DNA from: Takakia lepidozioides
Taxonomy: Eukaryota; Plantae; Bryophyta
DNA length: 64,000 bases
Assembly: GCA_030704615.1 (NCBI GenBank)
Contig: CM060731.1
Span: forward strand, 79,608,001 to 79,672,000
Direction: 5' to 3'
Shown: positions 13,447 through 27,066 of the stretch, in pieces
Layout of the letters: every line of letters starts with the position of its first letter
Numbering within the stretch: the first letter of the stretch is position 1
The notes under the pieces: model-generated
What the model was told of the DNA's origin: nothing
Databases searched by the model: none
Seen by the model: the letters and a program-made list of their open reading frames with translations, nothing else
Translations under genes and position numbers: made by a program

Positions 13447-13624
13447 CAAGTCACGTAGGCAAGCATATGGTTGATTTCAGGAATTTGGGAGGGTTGATTT
13501 ATATGTGAAATAGGTGAGGTAAAATGAACAAGTTCCCCCAAAACAGGCCAGTTCTCTCATGGGATCTTGAATTTTTTATGGAATCACATTTCCAAGGGGG
13601 AGTAATTGTTGTTGCTGCATAATA

Positions 13625-13770
13625 AACAACCAACGTGTAGCCAGTGGTAAGGGCATATACCCTCGTACTAGTGGTTATGAGTTCAAACCACCCTATTGGT
13701 TGTTACAAAGGTGTCCACCTTCCTACCGGAAGGCAATAGCCATTCTGGGTCCATCTTTTTTTTTTTTTTT
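13625..13770 (+). mobile_element. tRNA-derived SINE-like repeat, plus-strand copy ending in a T-run
   Basis: A-box TAGCCAGTGG (13638-13647), B-box GAGTTCAAACC (13679-13689), shared AGGTGTCCACCTTCC body, T15 at 13756-13770. Confidence 0.7.
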
Positions 13771-16700
13771 GGGTGCATAATAAGAGATTTTTTAATTAAA
13801 TTTTATTTTCTAAGGAGAAGGGCCCACCGCCCTTACCTCGCCGCTTCTAGAAAGCTCTAGAAGTAGAAGGAGGGCGTATAGGTGTCTTCTGCGCATGTCT
13901 TGGGCCCCGCTCCCATAAAGTAAAAATAACTAGGTTAAAGGACCACGTGGGCGCCACTCTAGTGGGACCCATGTAACTTTCGTCGGATGAAAGCCCCTGA
14001 AGCTAAATTGTAGGTGCCATGGAGGGATACGCCGCCCCAACCTCCACCCTGCAAGATTTTCCAAGGTATGAGGAGTCAAAAATATATGGCCCATGAGCTG
14101 TTGACTTGAGCACGTGGCAGGGTGGACGCCCTTGGAGGGCTACCACTTCGGGCAAGAAAATGCCAAAAATGCCGGGACAGCTGCCATATCCGGCAACATT
14201 GTGCGGATTTGGCATTCACTAGAAGACTCATTAAATTTCACATCCCAATCGGCAAATTGCAATTTGATTTTTATACAATGGCAGAACGGCAGAGACTATG
14301 TACCCCCAACTCATTTGCCCAGTTTTGGAAGGTCAGGCAACCCTACACTGTGGGAGGGGCGAATGGCTTGGGGCCGCGGGAGGCTTGGAGAGGAGGGAAA
14401 TGGCTCGACAGGGTGCAGGCACCTGTACGCCTAGGCTAGCATAAAAGTAGGAGGGTTGATGGGAGGTAGACAGCTGTATGGTTTTTTTTTATAGGGCATG
14501 GGATGGGGCGACACCTAGGTGCCTGCATCATGCCAGTTATCCAAGGTCATAAGGTGGGAGTAGCATTGTCTTAACATCTCACATCTACCTCTGTAAAATA
14601 GCCCGCTGTAGTATCTACTATCAAGTGCTTCAAACTTATACAGGGTTGACTGCTCGGTATACCTACAGATGAGGCCATCAGATCATTGCACTTCAGCACA
14701 AGAGACAAATTGCCGGGCCCAGAAGTCTTTTGGAACATCACATGATGAGCTAATCAATGTTATCACAGCGATTTCACAACTGAGGAGTTACCTCACTTGC
14801 GTGTGACTTGGCCTGCACTATTAAGCGTTGTCATCTGTACGAGATGGTTGTACTTTTAGACTGTTCGGAGATTCATAACTCCCATACGCGTGCACCGCGC
14901 TGTTTGCTGGATTCCAAGTTCTTGGTCTGTCATCTCCTTTGGTGCAGCCCAGGCGATTAATCGTCTCTTCTTCCCAAAACTATTCTCTCTACTGCAGCCT
15001 ACTAAGTTCGAGGTGCAGGTATCATTGGTTCTATTATTCTATTATATTTAGGAAAGTTAGCCCTACTCTTCTAGGGCGGTGGGTCTACGGGGAGTAGGTA
15101 GACTGGGATCTGTTTGAGCAGGACAGGATGGCAGCGTGGGCCATCCTGTTTGAGCGGTGGGCCCAGCGATGTTTGGAACCATAACTGCCTGGGCCAATGT
15201 GGTACCTTCAGGTATCGTACCTGCGGAGCTGAATCTGAGCCCCGTAATAGCTTCGCCAACCTTATCTTGAGTGATTCCTTGTGTGCAAGGTCCCATTGGC
15301 TGCCCTGGCTTTCAGGTGCTTACATGGATTTGTCAGGATGCCCACATGTCCTCTGTTGTCGTTTGCCTTATCCCTATCTACCCTTCCGACCCGGATATCC
15401 CGGCGAGCCAGATTGATACTGTACCGACTTCGGGAAAGATGAAAGTAGGGCAGACAACGAGAACTGCAGCTCTAGGCGGCAAGTCTAGAATTTCATCTTT
15501 GGAGACCTTAACTTCGTATATAGAATGGCTGTGAAGGAATAAATAAGGGTGAACTTTGAATGTGTAGTGTGTAGCTCATTTTGGTTACCGTAGATCTCTT
15601 TGTCACTTGCACGGAAAAGCTGTCTTGACTTCAGACATGTGTGACCAGTGCTCGCTGATCAGGCCTCTGCAGACAATTTTCAAGTGAGCAATGCCATATT
15701 CATTCAATATTTCAATAGCCCCTTTGTTTGTCTAATCTGGCATTGATTCAATCAGATCAACGAAGATTTGCAGTTGGATAAATGACATATTGAGAAACAA
15801 AATCCAATATTGAAAACCTGCTCAGCAAAACATACATATATATATCAGCTAATAGACCAACAGGGGAAGTAGCCGCAAGGTGCTCGGTGGCTCTTAGTTA
15901 TGCCGGCGGCCGGAGCACAATGGACTGAACTTAGATTGGTGCCATTTGTGCTTATTTTACAAGATGACATTGATCACTACTCGACATAAGCTAGAAAGAC
16001 AAAACTGTTGAAGAGAAGCAATGCAATCTGACTGGGTGAACCAAACTCCAATTTATATAACGTTGGCAATCTAGGTGTTCAAACATTCTCATGAACATTT
16101 CAAACATTCAGGGTAGTTCCAGGCCTTCTAAGTCAAGACTGTGAGAGTTTGTTCCCAATATCAACATTGTTGGATCCAATGCTGAATTGATTTAAGTGAG
16201 TGACGTTAAAGCAACTATATTTCATGAAGGGTGAATTGAACAACTTGAAGTATGAATATAACTCTCAGGTGCTTTGAATTATATGACCAGAGCCGATTTG
16301 ATGCCCTCAGGCAAGATCCTCACCCACTCTCGGCTAAATTTGAAGCTGGAATTACACAGCCTAAATCGATGCAGGGATAGATAACTGCACAAATCAATCT
16401 CTCGTCCTACTTTAATCCACTCCAATCTAGTTCGATGTTGATAACTACATTAGCTGGAATTGTCTGTTAGACATCCACAACCTTCTCTTTCGCTCATGTG
16501 CATTGGCTAGTCCACATCAAACAGTCCTCAAGTCGCAAGATTGAGCAAGTGTGGAAGCACTTTTTGATAGAAGATCTACATTGTATTGAATGAAATCCTC
16601 TACTTGACAAATTTCCTAGCAACTTGATTAGACAACATTTGAGAAAAGGATGAGTGCGCTGCCACTGGGGCAATGGCGAGGTAGATTTGGGGCTGTGAAA

Positions 16701-16852
16701 CTTCCAATCTACTATCTTAAGCTCTTGGAAGGTTCAAAGTGGTAGATGTGTGGCAGATTGTGCTAGCTTGAGTAATCGACTATGTACACCGTAACTCGGT
16801 TGGCCACTGGTGACGGATGACATCCTCCACCTGTATTTCATTTCCCGAATCA

Positions 16853-19800
16853 TCAACTTTGCACGAGCCCATACTGGGCGGCTACATCAAGAATTGTCCT
16901 CTTTACATCCTCAGTTTCCATCATCTCCCAGTCTTTTATCTGCACACATCGCCAAACAAAATATCTGAGCTCATACTTGAGAAATCCAGTTGCCAGTTCT
17001 TACAACGTCCAAGTGTGAGACGCGTTCAACCATATCACAATCAGGTCAGACTCCTTCAGAAGGGGGTGCTTATATAGATTTTTTTCAAGACACTTTACCT
17101 GGAGGAAGTTTTCATTCCCCCAAAATCTTCCACAAACCCATCTGAGATGAATAATCTTTACCATGTGATTTCAAAGGAAAGCTATAGCAGGTTCCACACA
17201 AAAGCTCTTCCACACCAAAATAGTAGGCCCCTTTGGCCTTTGGGAAAAATCATTCCTGTGATCCAAAGCATAATTCTGCAAGCAGTATGTTCTTCAAGAC
17301 GTCCTAGAGTAAGCTTGGTAGACAACATTGTACAAAATACTCATTATAGACATTAGAAGCTTGTTTACGGGCTGGCCAGACCATTGGTTTACACATGATT
17401 CAGTGTGCCACCAAAGATGGGAGCTCTAAATTGGGCAGACTTGCCTTCCTAAGGATCGAGTACTGTAGGTTAAAGGGAGTAACACCAAAGGAAGTAAGCC
17501 CCTCTGCCCACCTCCCCACATACCATGGAGTGCTATAACGAACAGTAGTAACAGGCAGGTTTTAGTTCTTCGTAGAGAGAAACTAAATATCCACCTTTAG
17601 AAAGACATTAGACCAAGGATAAGTCCTAGAACCCTGGATCAACTTATCTACTATGTGATAACATTCATAACTAGTTAGAAGTGTCATCAATTGGGAGTAT
17701 GTTTCAGCTTGATCTCCCTGACCACAACAGTCAATTGCCAATGACGAAATGAATTGAGAACCAGTGAAATTGATGTGTATACCTCTGCTATGAAAGTATT
17801 GAGTACGCTCTCATGCAAGGATGTATGACTGGCATTCAGGACATCGAGGCCCAATGACTCCAAGGCATGCATCAGCTGCACAAGCACCCCTGGTCCTCTT
17901 TGGCAAAAAATTCGGAGGTGATACGTCTGCGCCTCCAATCTCGCTACCTCCAACTAAAGGAACCACATAGGCAGGAACCACATAGGATTACTCAAACTTT
18001 GGACTTTGGCAGACAATACCAGGCAACTCTTGCTCAAAAGACAAGCTTCTTCAGATAACTAGTTCACCTTGACCTGAGGCCTTGCCTACGGTTTTCAAGA
18101 TCTACTTTCTTAAGGAGCCATCAGGGACCAAGGTGATCATAGGGATGCAATGAAATCATCGTGACAACAATCCAACACATTTGAGTGGCTACCAATTCTC
18201 ACACCTGGTATGAGAAAGTCCGAAAGGAACTTGTTGTCCATGGAAGTCCCAAGAAGCTTATGGGACAAGAACGAGTTCATTAAAATCATGTATTGAGAGA
18301 AAGAGAAAAGAGACAGATTGTGTCCCAGGAGGCCCTACGGACCCTAGGGACACTAACATAACTTGGCATTGTGGTAGCACAGAGAGAGACAACTTCGTCA
18401 AGACTCTACAGGACCAAAGATGGAGGTCATACACTTACATCCAGTATTTTCTGCTCCAGTGGTGCTTGAGACTTTCCCTGAGTCATGTACCTGTGATGAG
18501 TATTTGCCTGATTGGGGGCAGCCTCAGTAGCCAGGCCTTTGTCTCTACTCTCATAGTTAGAGACAGTTGCAGCGGTATTACCCCCAGCATCTGAGTCCGC
18601 AGATCCTGAGTCTTCTCCCACTGAACCATAGGATTTGTTTTCTAGCTCTGAGATTTCGGTTTCAATATCTTCTACTTGCTTTTGAAGCTCTTGGACATAG
18701 TCAATGGCATCACCAACAATGGATGCCTTGTCCATCTGCAAGGCACAGAGATCCACCTGTCAGTGTAGAAAACCCTGTCTTTCTTCCTTTACATCCCTTT
18801 CTCTACCTCTTTGTATATGTCAACTTGTACATTTAAGTATTTTAAGGGAAAACAAGAATCGCCTAAGCTGCATACACATGGGAACACTCAACTCAGAAAT
18901 GCAGGTCATGATTAAGATTATGATTGCTAGCCTTGATGGCTGTATGGATTCCCTGAGATGTCAGGGCACTCATTACATGGGCCTTATCCAGAGGGTTTAC
19001 TCTTCAGCTCAAAGTTGAAGGGAGGAACTTGCAAATATACTCCGTCCTTTTCATTCTTGACATCAAAGAGTTCAAAACCATCAACCAGTCACAGTTTTCG
19101 TCATTGTAGCTCTTGAGATTATAATTTGAAACTTACCTGTACACATTCGAAGACTTATCGCCAATTTCACTAAAGGATTTGGACGAATTGCTATTCCTAT
19201 CTGAATTCTCGGCTAACTTTTAGGGTTAATAGCATGAAGTGGTCAACATCGCTGTATTTTGAGGACAAAGTTAGATAAGGATTCTTAGTCCTACAGAGAG
19301 ATTATTCCTTCAGTTTGCAGCTGAGAAACACATTCTCAGCGCTTAGAAGAAGCAAATTCAGTCCAGGGGGAAGATGATTTGAATTGCAACTTTCTTCTGC
19401 AGTGGATCTAAAACCTACTGGGCAAGGTCCATGTTCTCCATGTCACTAAAAGCTCCGGAATAACGAGGATTGACTGGAAGTAGGGCAGCTAAATGCGAGG
19501 AGTGCAAACTCCCAAAACGCTATATACTCTCTAAAGTATGTCAGCTTCTCCCAGACTACCAAGAATCAGAGTCGACTCAGATGAAATCGTACACGAAACC
19601 ATGTGCCGATGGTGAAATCCATCAATTTAAAGTGAGAACTTCCTCGACCGCAGACTAAACTGTCCAAGAAGATGTTTTTCAAGGAATGGTAACAGAAATC
19701 AGGGGCAAGTTTGAATCAGGTCACCCATGTTCAAACTCTGTGAACATTCTGTGAGGTCAAACTTATTCCACAAAGTGTGTTGTCGAGGAATGTTGGAAAG

Positions 19801-21257
19801 GACCTTCTGCCTTCCACCAACCGGAAGTCATTTCTAATCGTGCCTATAAATGGGAAACATATCTTTTCCGCGGAACTGGTAATCTCGAGCTCATTTACTC
19901 TTAGGAGACATTTGGAAGCTCAGCTTTTCCCCCAACTACAGGTTGATCCTTTCATAAGTTCCTTCAATTGGCCGCCGATCAATTGTATAATGGGAACGAC
20001 CCGTCAAAAGCTTCAACTCTCACCCCAGATGTTAACTTGGGGAGGGGGCTGAAGAGTGGAAATGAAATGAAATGGTACTTTATAACATCCGCGGAAAGCT
20101 CAAAGAGCTTATGGGAAGAAAGGAAGTTTTACAGCTAACGTCGGTGGGAGGCCCAAAGGAAGCAAGGAACACACAAGAAATCGGAACCGTAGAAAGGGAT
20201 GTAGAGTTGCAAAACGACATGGTGTGCAGACTGATATCGAGTCTTACAATCCTGGAATTCAGCGGCACAATATTGAATGATCCCGAGTTCAAAGGATAAG
20301 TAGTGTATAACGCTCCGGGTTAAGCCCGAGAGTCTCTTTAGGATAAACACACCTTATGGGAGCATGACTGGATCTCACCTTGCTGATCTTTGGTACTAGC
20401 GCTCTCAGTGAGTACAGTCCATCGTTCAGTTTCTTCCTGCGTTTGCGTTCCGAGACAAGGTTCTTGGACACATTACAGCGACTGTTAGAACGTCCTCTGC
20501 GCCGTCCCTTGCCATCCATGAGCTCATCGCTACAGTCCGACGATTCCGCTGGCCTGGCTTCCAGGTCTGATGTATCTCTTGACATCCCAGTCTCAGGAGG
20601 AGAACCTGTAGCCGGTGAGTCTTGCAAGGGTGAACTTAGATCCTTCCCTACAGGAGCACATTTCAGCCTTGTTCCATTTACAGTTTCAGGTGACTCCACC
20701 TTCACCTGTTCCTTCAACACCTCACACCACTGTCTGGCAGTCGTGGCCTGGGAATTGTCTAGTGCCAAACACATATCCGTAGGGTTTGTTGCACTCCCTG
20801 TGAATGGTGAGGGGAAACTCTTTGAAACTTTCATGCCGGGAGTTGAATAGTCCTGAAGCATCCAGAATGGATCGATACTTTCTGGAGACGTTGTCCAAAG
20901 TTTTGGCTTTCGGTTCAAGTGAGGACGGAAGTTGTCCCTTGTCTCCACCAAGACTCCTGGCTCGCTTAGGCTTGCCACGAGGTCAGGTTGAACAGAATCT
21001 AAAGACATGGATGCATTGTCAAGGAGCTCCTGTAGTTTATCAGACGCCCTTAATTGATAAGGGGCAAGGGACTCAGGGTGAAGCTGCTGGGTGGATGGAG
21101 AAATGCCTGAGGTTTCGAGTAGTTGCACGGTATGATACATATCGGTGTTGGCCACCAGGAGCGGATGAAGCCCTTCCAAAGAGCCTAAGAGATTGTCACA
21201 AGCCGCACCTGAACTCATTTTACGTTCTACCCATGAATCCACATTTTCTGTCATCAT
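16853..21257 (-). CDS. bHLH transcription factor, subfamily III (FIT/DYT1/ICE-related) with C-terminal ACT-like domain; ~477 aa; exons 21257-20379, 18735-18439, 17953-17783, 16939-16853
   Basis: NLVSERKRRKKLNDGLYSLRALVPKISK|MDKASIVGDAIDYVQELQ is split at the conserved loop intron. ACT-like part is LRIFCQRGPGVLVQLMHALESLGLDV…FIAE|IKDWEMMETEDVKRTILDVAAQYGLVQS*. All introns are GT-AG, phase 0. The start codon is uncertain because an acceptor at 21291 shows upstream exons exist. Confidence 0.92.
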
Positions 21258-23452
21258 ACGATTTCCTCCGAAGGCTTTTGCTCCATGGACCTGTAAGCAG
21301 CACAAGAAGTAACACTGCAGTCAGTCCAGAATGTGCCAATGATATCGGCAGCGAGTCTTACTTCCATTCGCATGTATACTATAAAATCTTCTGGGCATAG
21401 CGTGGTTTGCAAGCACACAAATACCACGATGCATCGGTAGATCAATGCAGCTTATTAGTGCACTTTGATTCTAAACAACATATGTTTGGCCGTTCCAAAG
21501 GATACATGCAGCATTATGCAGTCACATCGGAATACAGTCTAGGATTAGAAGATCTACAAAATCTGTGGGAGAGCACCACATATAGGTGCATACAGAATGG
21601 ACCTTACGGTACCTAGCTCCTTATGAGCGGCCATTCCAATTATACTTCGATCGATGCACCTCTTGACCTCGAGACACCACGAAGGTCCAGCATTTCTAAC
21701 TTGCCCCGCAGTTTAAGAAAACGAAGTCATTTCAAGACATGGTAGGAGCTTATGGTGGACATGTCTACATGTTCAGGTTACCTACCACATTGACAACCTT
21801 TCAAGCTTACCAGTCACAGGTCTAACCTCAGGCTCTGGCCCTAAGAAATCTAGTTACGCTCTTTAGCGAGTTTGGACCGGGAGCTGCAAGTTCATAGTCG
21901 TTTTGAGACACACGACATCTGTAGTCGGTGTGGGAAGAGAGCGTCCGGACTACAGGACCCCTTCCGTTCGTCTACAGGTGTGATAGACAGCGCCGAATCG
22001 TGCAACGAACTGCCTGATAATAGTTGAGGAATCTTCAGTCGTGTAGTGACCCTACGGTTCCTTTCATAAGCGAGAGCATTTCATACAAAGTTTCTACTAC
22101 TGAGACATGATATCTAGAGGTAAAATCCATGTTCCTCTACTGTCCTGGACTACACAAGTTTCCACCAGAAGCTTAGTAGTAGGACGACAAGCCAACCATC
22201 TCGTTTGTAGGAACTAAAGACATGTATGCAACCTGCACCTGCAAAAGATTACAGTCCAGAACATCATATGCACAAGCTTGAAATCATGGATGTACCTCCA
22301 TGCCCTGACGGATAGGGCACTCTTCCAATTCGCAGAAGCAAGAGACGCGGACCACTTTCAAGCTTGGAACTGACAAGAGATTTCCAGCTTGTAAAGCTGC
22401 TGGACGCCGAACCTAAATCTCATCACAGACTCCTACCGCACACTACCATGGAACGGAACTCTCTTCGTGTCCGTCTTTCCCCTTCCCTGTTGTGTGTGTG
22501 TGTGTTTATGTGCGTGTAGTGTGCTCGGGGGACAGTTAAAAGCAATAGCTGTCGACGTAAAGATCGGGTGACGAGTACATAGCCGAGTGCAGTTATGAGC
22601 GTGGCAGTGTGCAGCACGCGCAGATCGGCCGTAGCTCTGCCGCCTACAACACTGCCAGAGTGTATTGTCCGTAGAGTAATAACTGTGCCATTCCAGCACT
22701 CCTCGCAGAGAGTCTTTACTCTGCAATCATATTGTTTACGGCGAACTAAGTTATTCCTACCCTCTTAAGCTTTTTAGCCTTTGCCCGGTGACGGCAACAT
22801 TGTGCGTCTCTCTCTCTCTCCTCATCTCACTCCCTCTCTTTTGTGCTACGAATCCAACATTGATGGCGTCGCTCCAAACGCGTAGGTGTAGGGGATGGTT
22901 TGGAGTTTGGAGCCAAGGTCCTTCCAGACATCGACCCAACATCCAGAGTTAAAAGCTTGGATTTTGGACTGATGTGGAGAGACCAAATCTACCTCCTGCA
23001 GGTAGGGACCAAGAGGCCCTACTCTAGTACTGCAATCATGTTAGATTTTTATGTGGAAAATCACGCGCAACCCAATAGGGGTCCCTTGATTACAGAGAGT
23101 AACCGCCAATATGAGGAAGAGGGTAAAGATAATACCATGCGCAAGTAGGTAGAAGGATTTGAGACCGCCATCACTGCTACCGATCAGGGAGTGAACTATC
23201 ATGTTTACTTACTCAATTGTTTTTAAATGTGCCGGGGTAGGCCCGTTCACGTACTGTGGGGGTATCACCAGGCGGTTGGACAGTGGCCATACAGGTGATT
23301 CTAGGTTGAAATGCTGCGACCTCGTTGGGCGTGGTATTATATTATCTTCTCCCCCCTGCCCCCGGGCAGTGTCCCATGAGCCTTGTGCATGGCGAGGTTA
23401 CTGTGAAAGAGGTTATTTTCTCCTCTCACTAAAATTAAGGGGGCCTGATTGC

Positions 23453-23484
23453 GTCCAGACGTCCAGACGTCCAGACGTCCAGAC
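23453..23484. repeat. (GTCCAGAC)x4 perfect tandem repeat
   Basis: Read directly from the sequence. Confidence 0.95.
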
Positions 23485-26400
23485 AATCGTTGTTGAGGAT
23501 ACTTAAGCAAAACCCCCTGACATGAGTGAAGGGGGCAACCCACAAAGCAAATGATGGCGGAACCGCCACCGCTCTGTTGTACGGCGAGGTGGATAGCATT
23601 GCCTGAACCAAGCGCATGCGGACATGTATGCCGCTGGAATCTGGCTTCTGATCTGCTTAAGCAAAGCTGCCAGAAGCCCCTAAGTATCAGAGCTTGAGCC
23701 ACCTCCGGTAGGAAATGCTCCAGAGTTTCCACAGTCTACACTAGGCAGGTACTGTTTGTAACGCCCGTGCGTCTGGTGAGCTTGTTTACTCCCGTCCTGC
23801 TCGTATGACGACTGTGCCTTTTACACCTCCCAGTGTTTCTTTTTCTGGCGAAACGCCAGATTTCGACCTGGAAAATGGGTCAGCTACTGGTACAAAGGAA
23901 TTATGGGGGGGACTATTTCTGGACACTAGGAAAGATCAGGAAGCTCCACATTATAATGTCACTTACTATGTAAGCCTCGGAATCTCTTCCAATCATCAAC
24001 TTCAAATTAAGCCTTAGATCAGGGCCCAGACCAAAAGAAGTGAATATGGACAGCCCTTATCCCGCCGCCCATGTCCCAAAGTAGCACTATCTTCTCGGAG
24101 GAAAATCCTCCCAATCACCAAAACCAGCATATCCATGAAACCAGGGGAATTTCTAGTTTTTAAGAGTATTTTCAGGGCTTTACTGCCGACGTAAACATCA
24201 AAGACAGGGCCTATTCAGTGCGTAGGCCAACCGGCCTACTTGAACAGTTGTACACGAAGTTTGGAAGTAGGCCTACCGGCCTATCGTGGGTTTGACCGCA
24301 TGTGAGGAGACGATGTGGTATGGTGGCCCTGCGCCTTGTGATCGGAGGGCTTCCACGTCGTGAGAATGTCTCCATTATATTAATCTAATGATTGAGACGA
24401 TTGAAGGCGAAGTGGATCAGAGTCTCGGAGAGTATTAAACGCGGTTGACGATGTGAGTTTGCATCGACGATGTGAGTTTTTCCACGCCATTGTCATCATG
24501 GAAGCCTCCAGTGTGAATCGAGAGACAGACGTGGAGATTTGCAAAACAGGTTGCATTCATAGCTCCACTGTAGTTACTAAGTTACTTGTAAGGAGCCCAT
24601 AACTTAGATTTAGTTTATGTAGCTGCTCGTTTGCGTTCCCGCTCGTGAATGGTGCGTGGGAAAGCTTTGGTCCGAAGTCCAATGCAACGACTCGTATGTA
24701 TACCTTTGAATAGTAAAGAAGACTGCAAAGCAGAGTACAGCTTAATTTAGAAAGGGTTGTAAGAACGAAGTTCTTCGAAGATAGTCCTTCGTAGGCCCAC
24801 TAATTTCTAGCGTGCCTGGGATATGGGGGTTCTGGGGTCTTCACGTCTTCACTCCAAAATACACGGGGCCTAACTTAGAGTATTTCACTGGCAGAAGAGG
24901 TTTGGTAGAGAAATGTGTTTGGATGATCACCAAAATTCCCTCGTTTCCTCTAGCGAGTGATCGAAGGGTGTTTATAAACATTTCCTTTCGAGGGATAGTA
25001 AGACCAGAACTTAATAATCGGAGAGTCTTTGGGAGCATTGCCAGATATGCTGGTACCAGTGCATCAGTGTTACCTTAGTTAGCCACAAACAATGTTACCT
25101 TTACTTATAGCCCAAATGCCCTGCCTCCTCCTCTCCGGCCCATCATTACGCACTAGGAAATACACTTGGCACAGCCATCACAAGTTTAGAAGGTCACAGT
25201 CACCATGCATGACTGCATCCCCTTGAATCAGACACTGGTTTACACATCGACATACTCTAAGCAACTTTTGCGGCCTCTAGTGCGTAGGCCGTCCCTTGGG
25301 AAAGAGTCCAGAACTCCTTTATGGCCGTGGGCCACGCCCGGGCACAGTGATCTTGACCAAGTACACACAGCCTCCCTGTACTTCGTCCATAACAATCAGA
25401 TGCAAACAACTAGGGTGTCCTTGATGCATGCGTGTGCTCACTACAAGCACTCTTTAATTGGAGGTATCAGCGGGAGTGAAACCATGGGACTCGCAAATCC
25501 CTACAGGTTTTGCCATCTGGTGGAGACGTCAAAAGCTTGCCAACACCAGCAGATAAAGCTCTCTTGAGAACACGTTGTTAGTAGACCTACTTATACCTTA
25601 ACCGCAGCTCTGTGGCTTCGTGTGATGAGACACGATTGCTGAAGGTGTAATGACTTCTTTGGTTGATGTTGGAAGCTACAAACAAATGTCAATATGCACA
25701 CCAAAAAATGGACTCCATGGACCCTCAGCTGGCAGATGGGTCGGAAGGTACTGTTGGTTACTTCCCCAACTAGCCCCAACAAGCACAACTGGTAGAGCGG
25801 GTGTGTGCGTGTTCTGCTAACATAGGGTGGGTAAGGATTGTAACCAACAATCTTGGAATGAATGAGTGTTATGTTCCATTTTCTCTCCCTAATACTGAAG
25901 GCCAACCTTATCTACCTGTCACAATGATCCGCTTCCTGGTACATGAGGGGGATCCATCCTTGTCAATGGTGGCCTACTGTCGAATTGAGCACCTTTGGAC
26001 TTCAGGCTGGAGACTGTCAAACATCTAGGCTCACAAGGTCCCAGGAGAAAGAGACATGAAATGAAATGAATGATGCTTCAGGAAGAAAAACTCTTTAAGA
26101 GACATCAGCAGTCCAACAGGCAGATGATGGAATTGTAAAGGTGACCCCAAGAAATGGAATACCACTCATGAAGAGTGTGTCTCCAAGGCATAAGACCCCT
26201 CCTATGCCATAATTATCCCAGAAGGCTATATGGTGTGAAGGCTGGACAGGTCTTGCCTCTCGGGCTTTGCAGTGCAGCAAAGTATTGTCTGTAAGATGGC
26301 AAGAGCTTGACTCTGCTCAAACACTTTTAGCCAAAGAAATTATCACTTCCAAATTTTGACAAACAGAACTGAAAGAAAAGAGGAGTGAGAAGGCATAGAG

Positions 26401-27066
26401 ACAAAGCAGACTCCTCCTTCAGAAAAAGAGCTCAGTACTCCATTTGTAGTCCATAAAATAGTAGATGGCTCCCAGCCAAGTTGTTGGCTAGAAAGCCAGC
26501 CAGGAGCTATTATAAGGGTCCTTCAAGCCTCCAGCTCGTCACCTCATATTAGGTAGTCTAAAGCAGGTTACAAATTTATACCGACCTAGCAGACAAAGCC
26601 AGTAGTCTCTTGGCCCCCTTTCATGTCCTACACAGAAGCTCCTGGCTTAGATGGCACCCCAGCTGAACTATACCAGAGATTTTGGTAAAATCATTGAGGG
26701 ATTGGCGCACAAGACAAGATAGACACACATGCACAAAGGAGGTGGTGAATATGGAGACAATATGACAGTTGAACAAGGAGAACAAATGCATAAATCAGTT
26801 TACAAGAATATACAGGGCAAACAACAAAAAACAAACTCAATAGAGAGTGCAAGGGAAGACCGTACAACCTATTGATTAACAGAAAGTACAACCACGAGAA
26901 CAGTCTTGCACACTCTCTTTCACCCCTGCTCTGACTTGAGTCTTCCCTGTGACACTCCCATACTACAGCATTTACAATGTGCCTTGACCCTTCCAACAAA
27001 AATTCACAAACAGCAAGCAAACAAAGCTAACTTGGCATGCCTTCCAAATGCCATGTAGTGAATGTC

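Noticed and set aside
12988-13541. Six long ORFs rich in RE or SL repeats
   Set aside because: They are translations of the (CT)n/polypyrimidine tract, which lacks stop codons.
20380-21400. Plus-strand ORFs of 156 and 198 aa
   Set aside because: Antisense to the bHLH exon, with no recognisable motifs.
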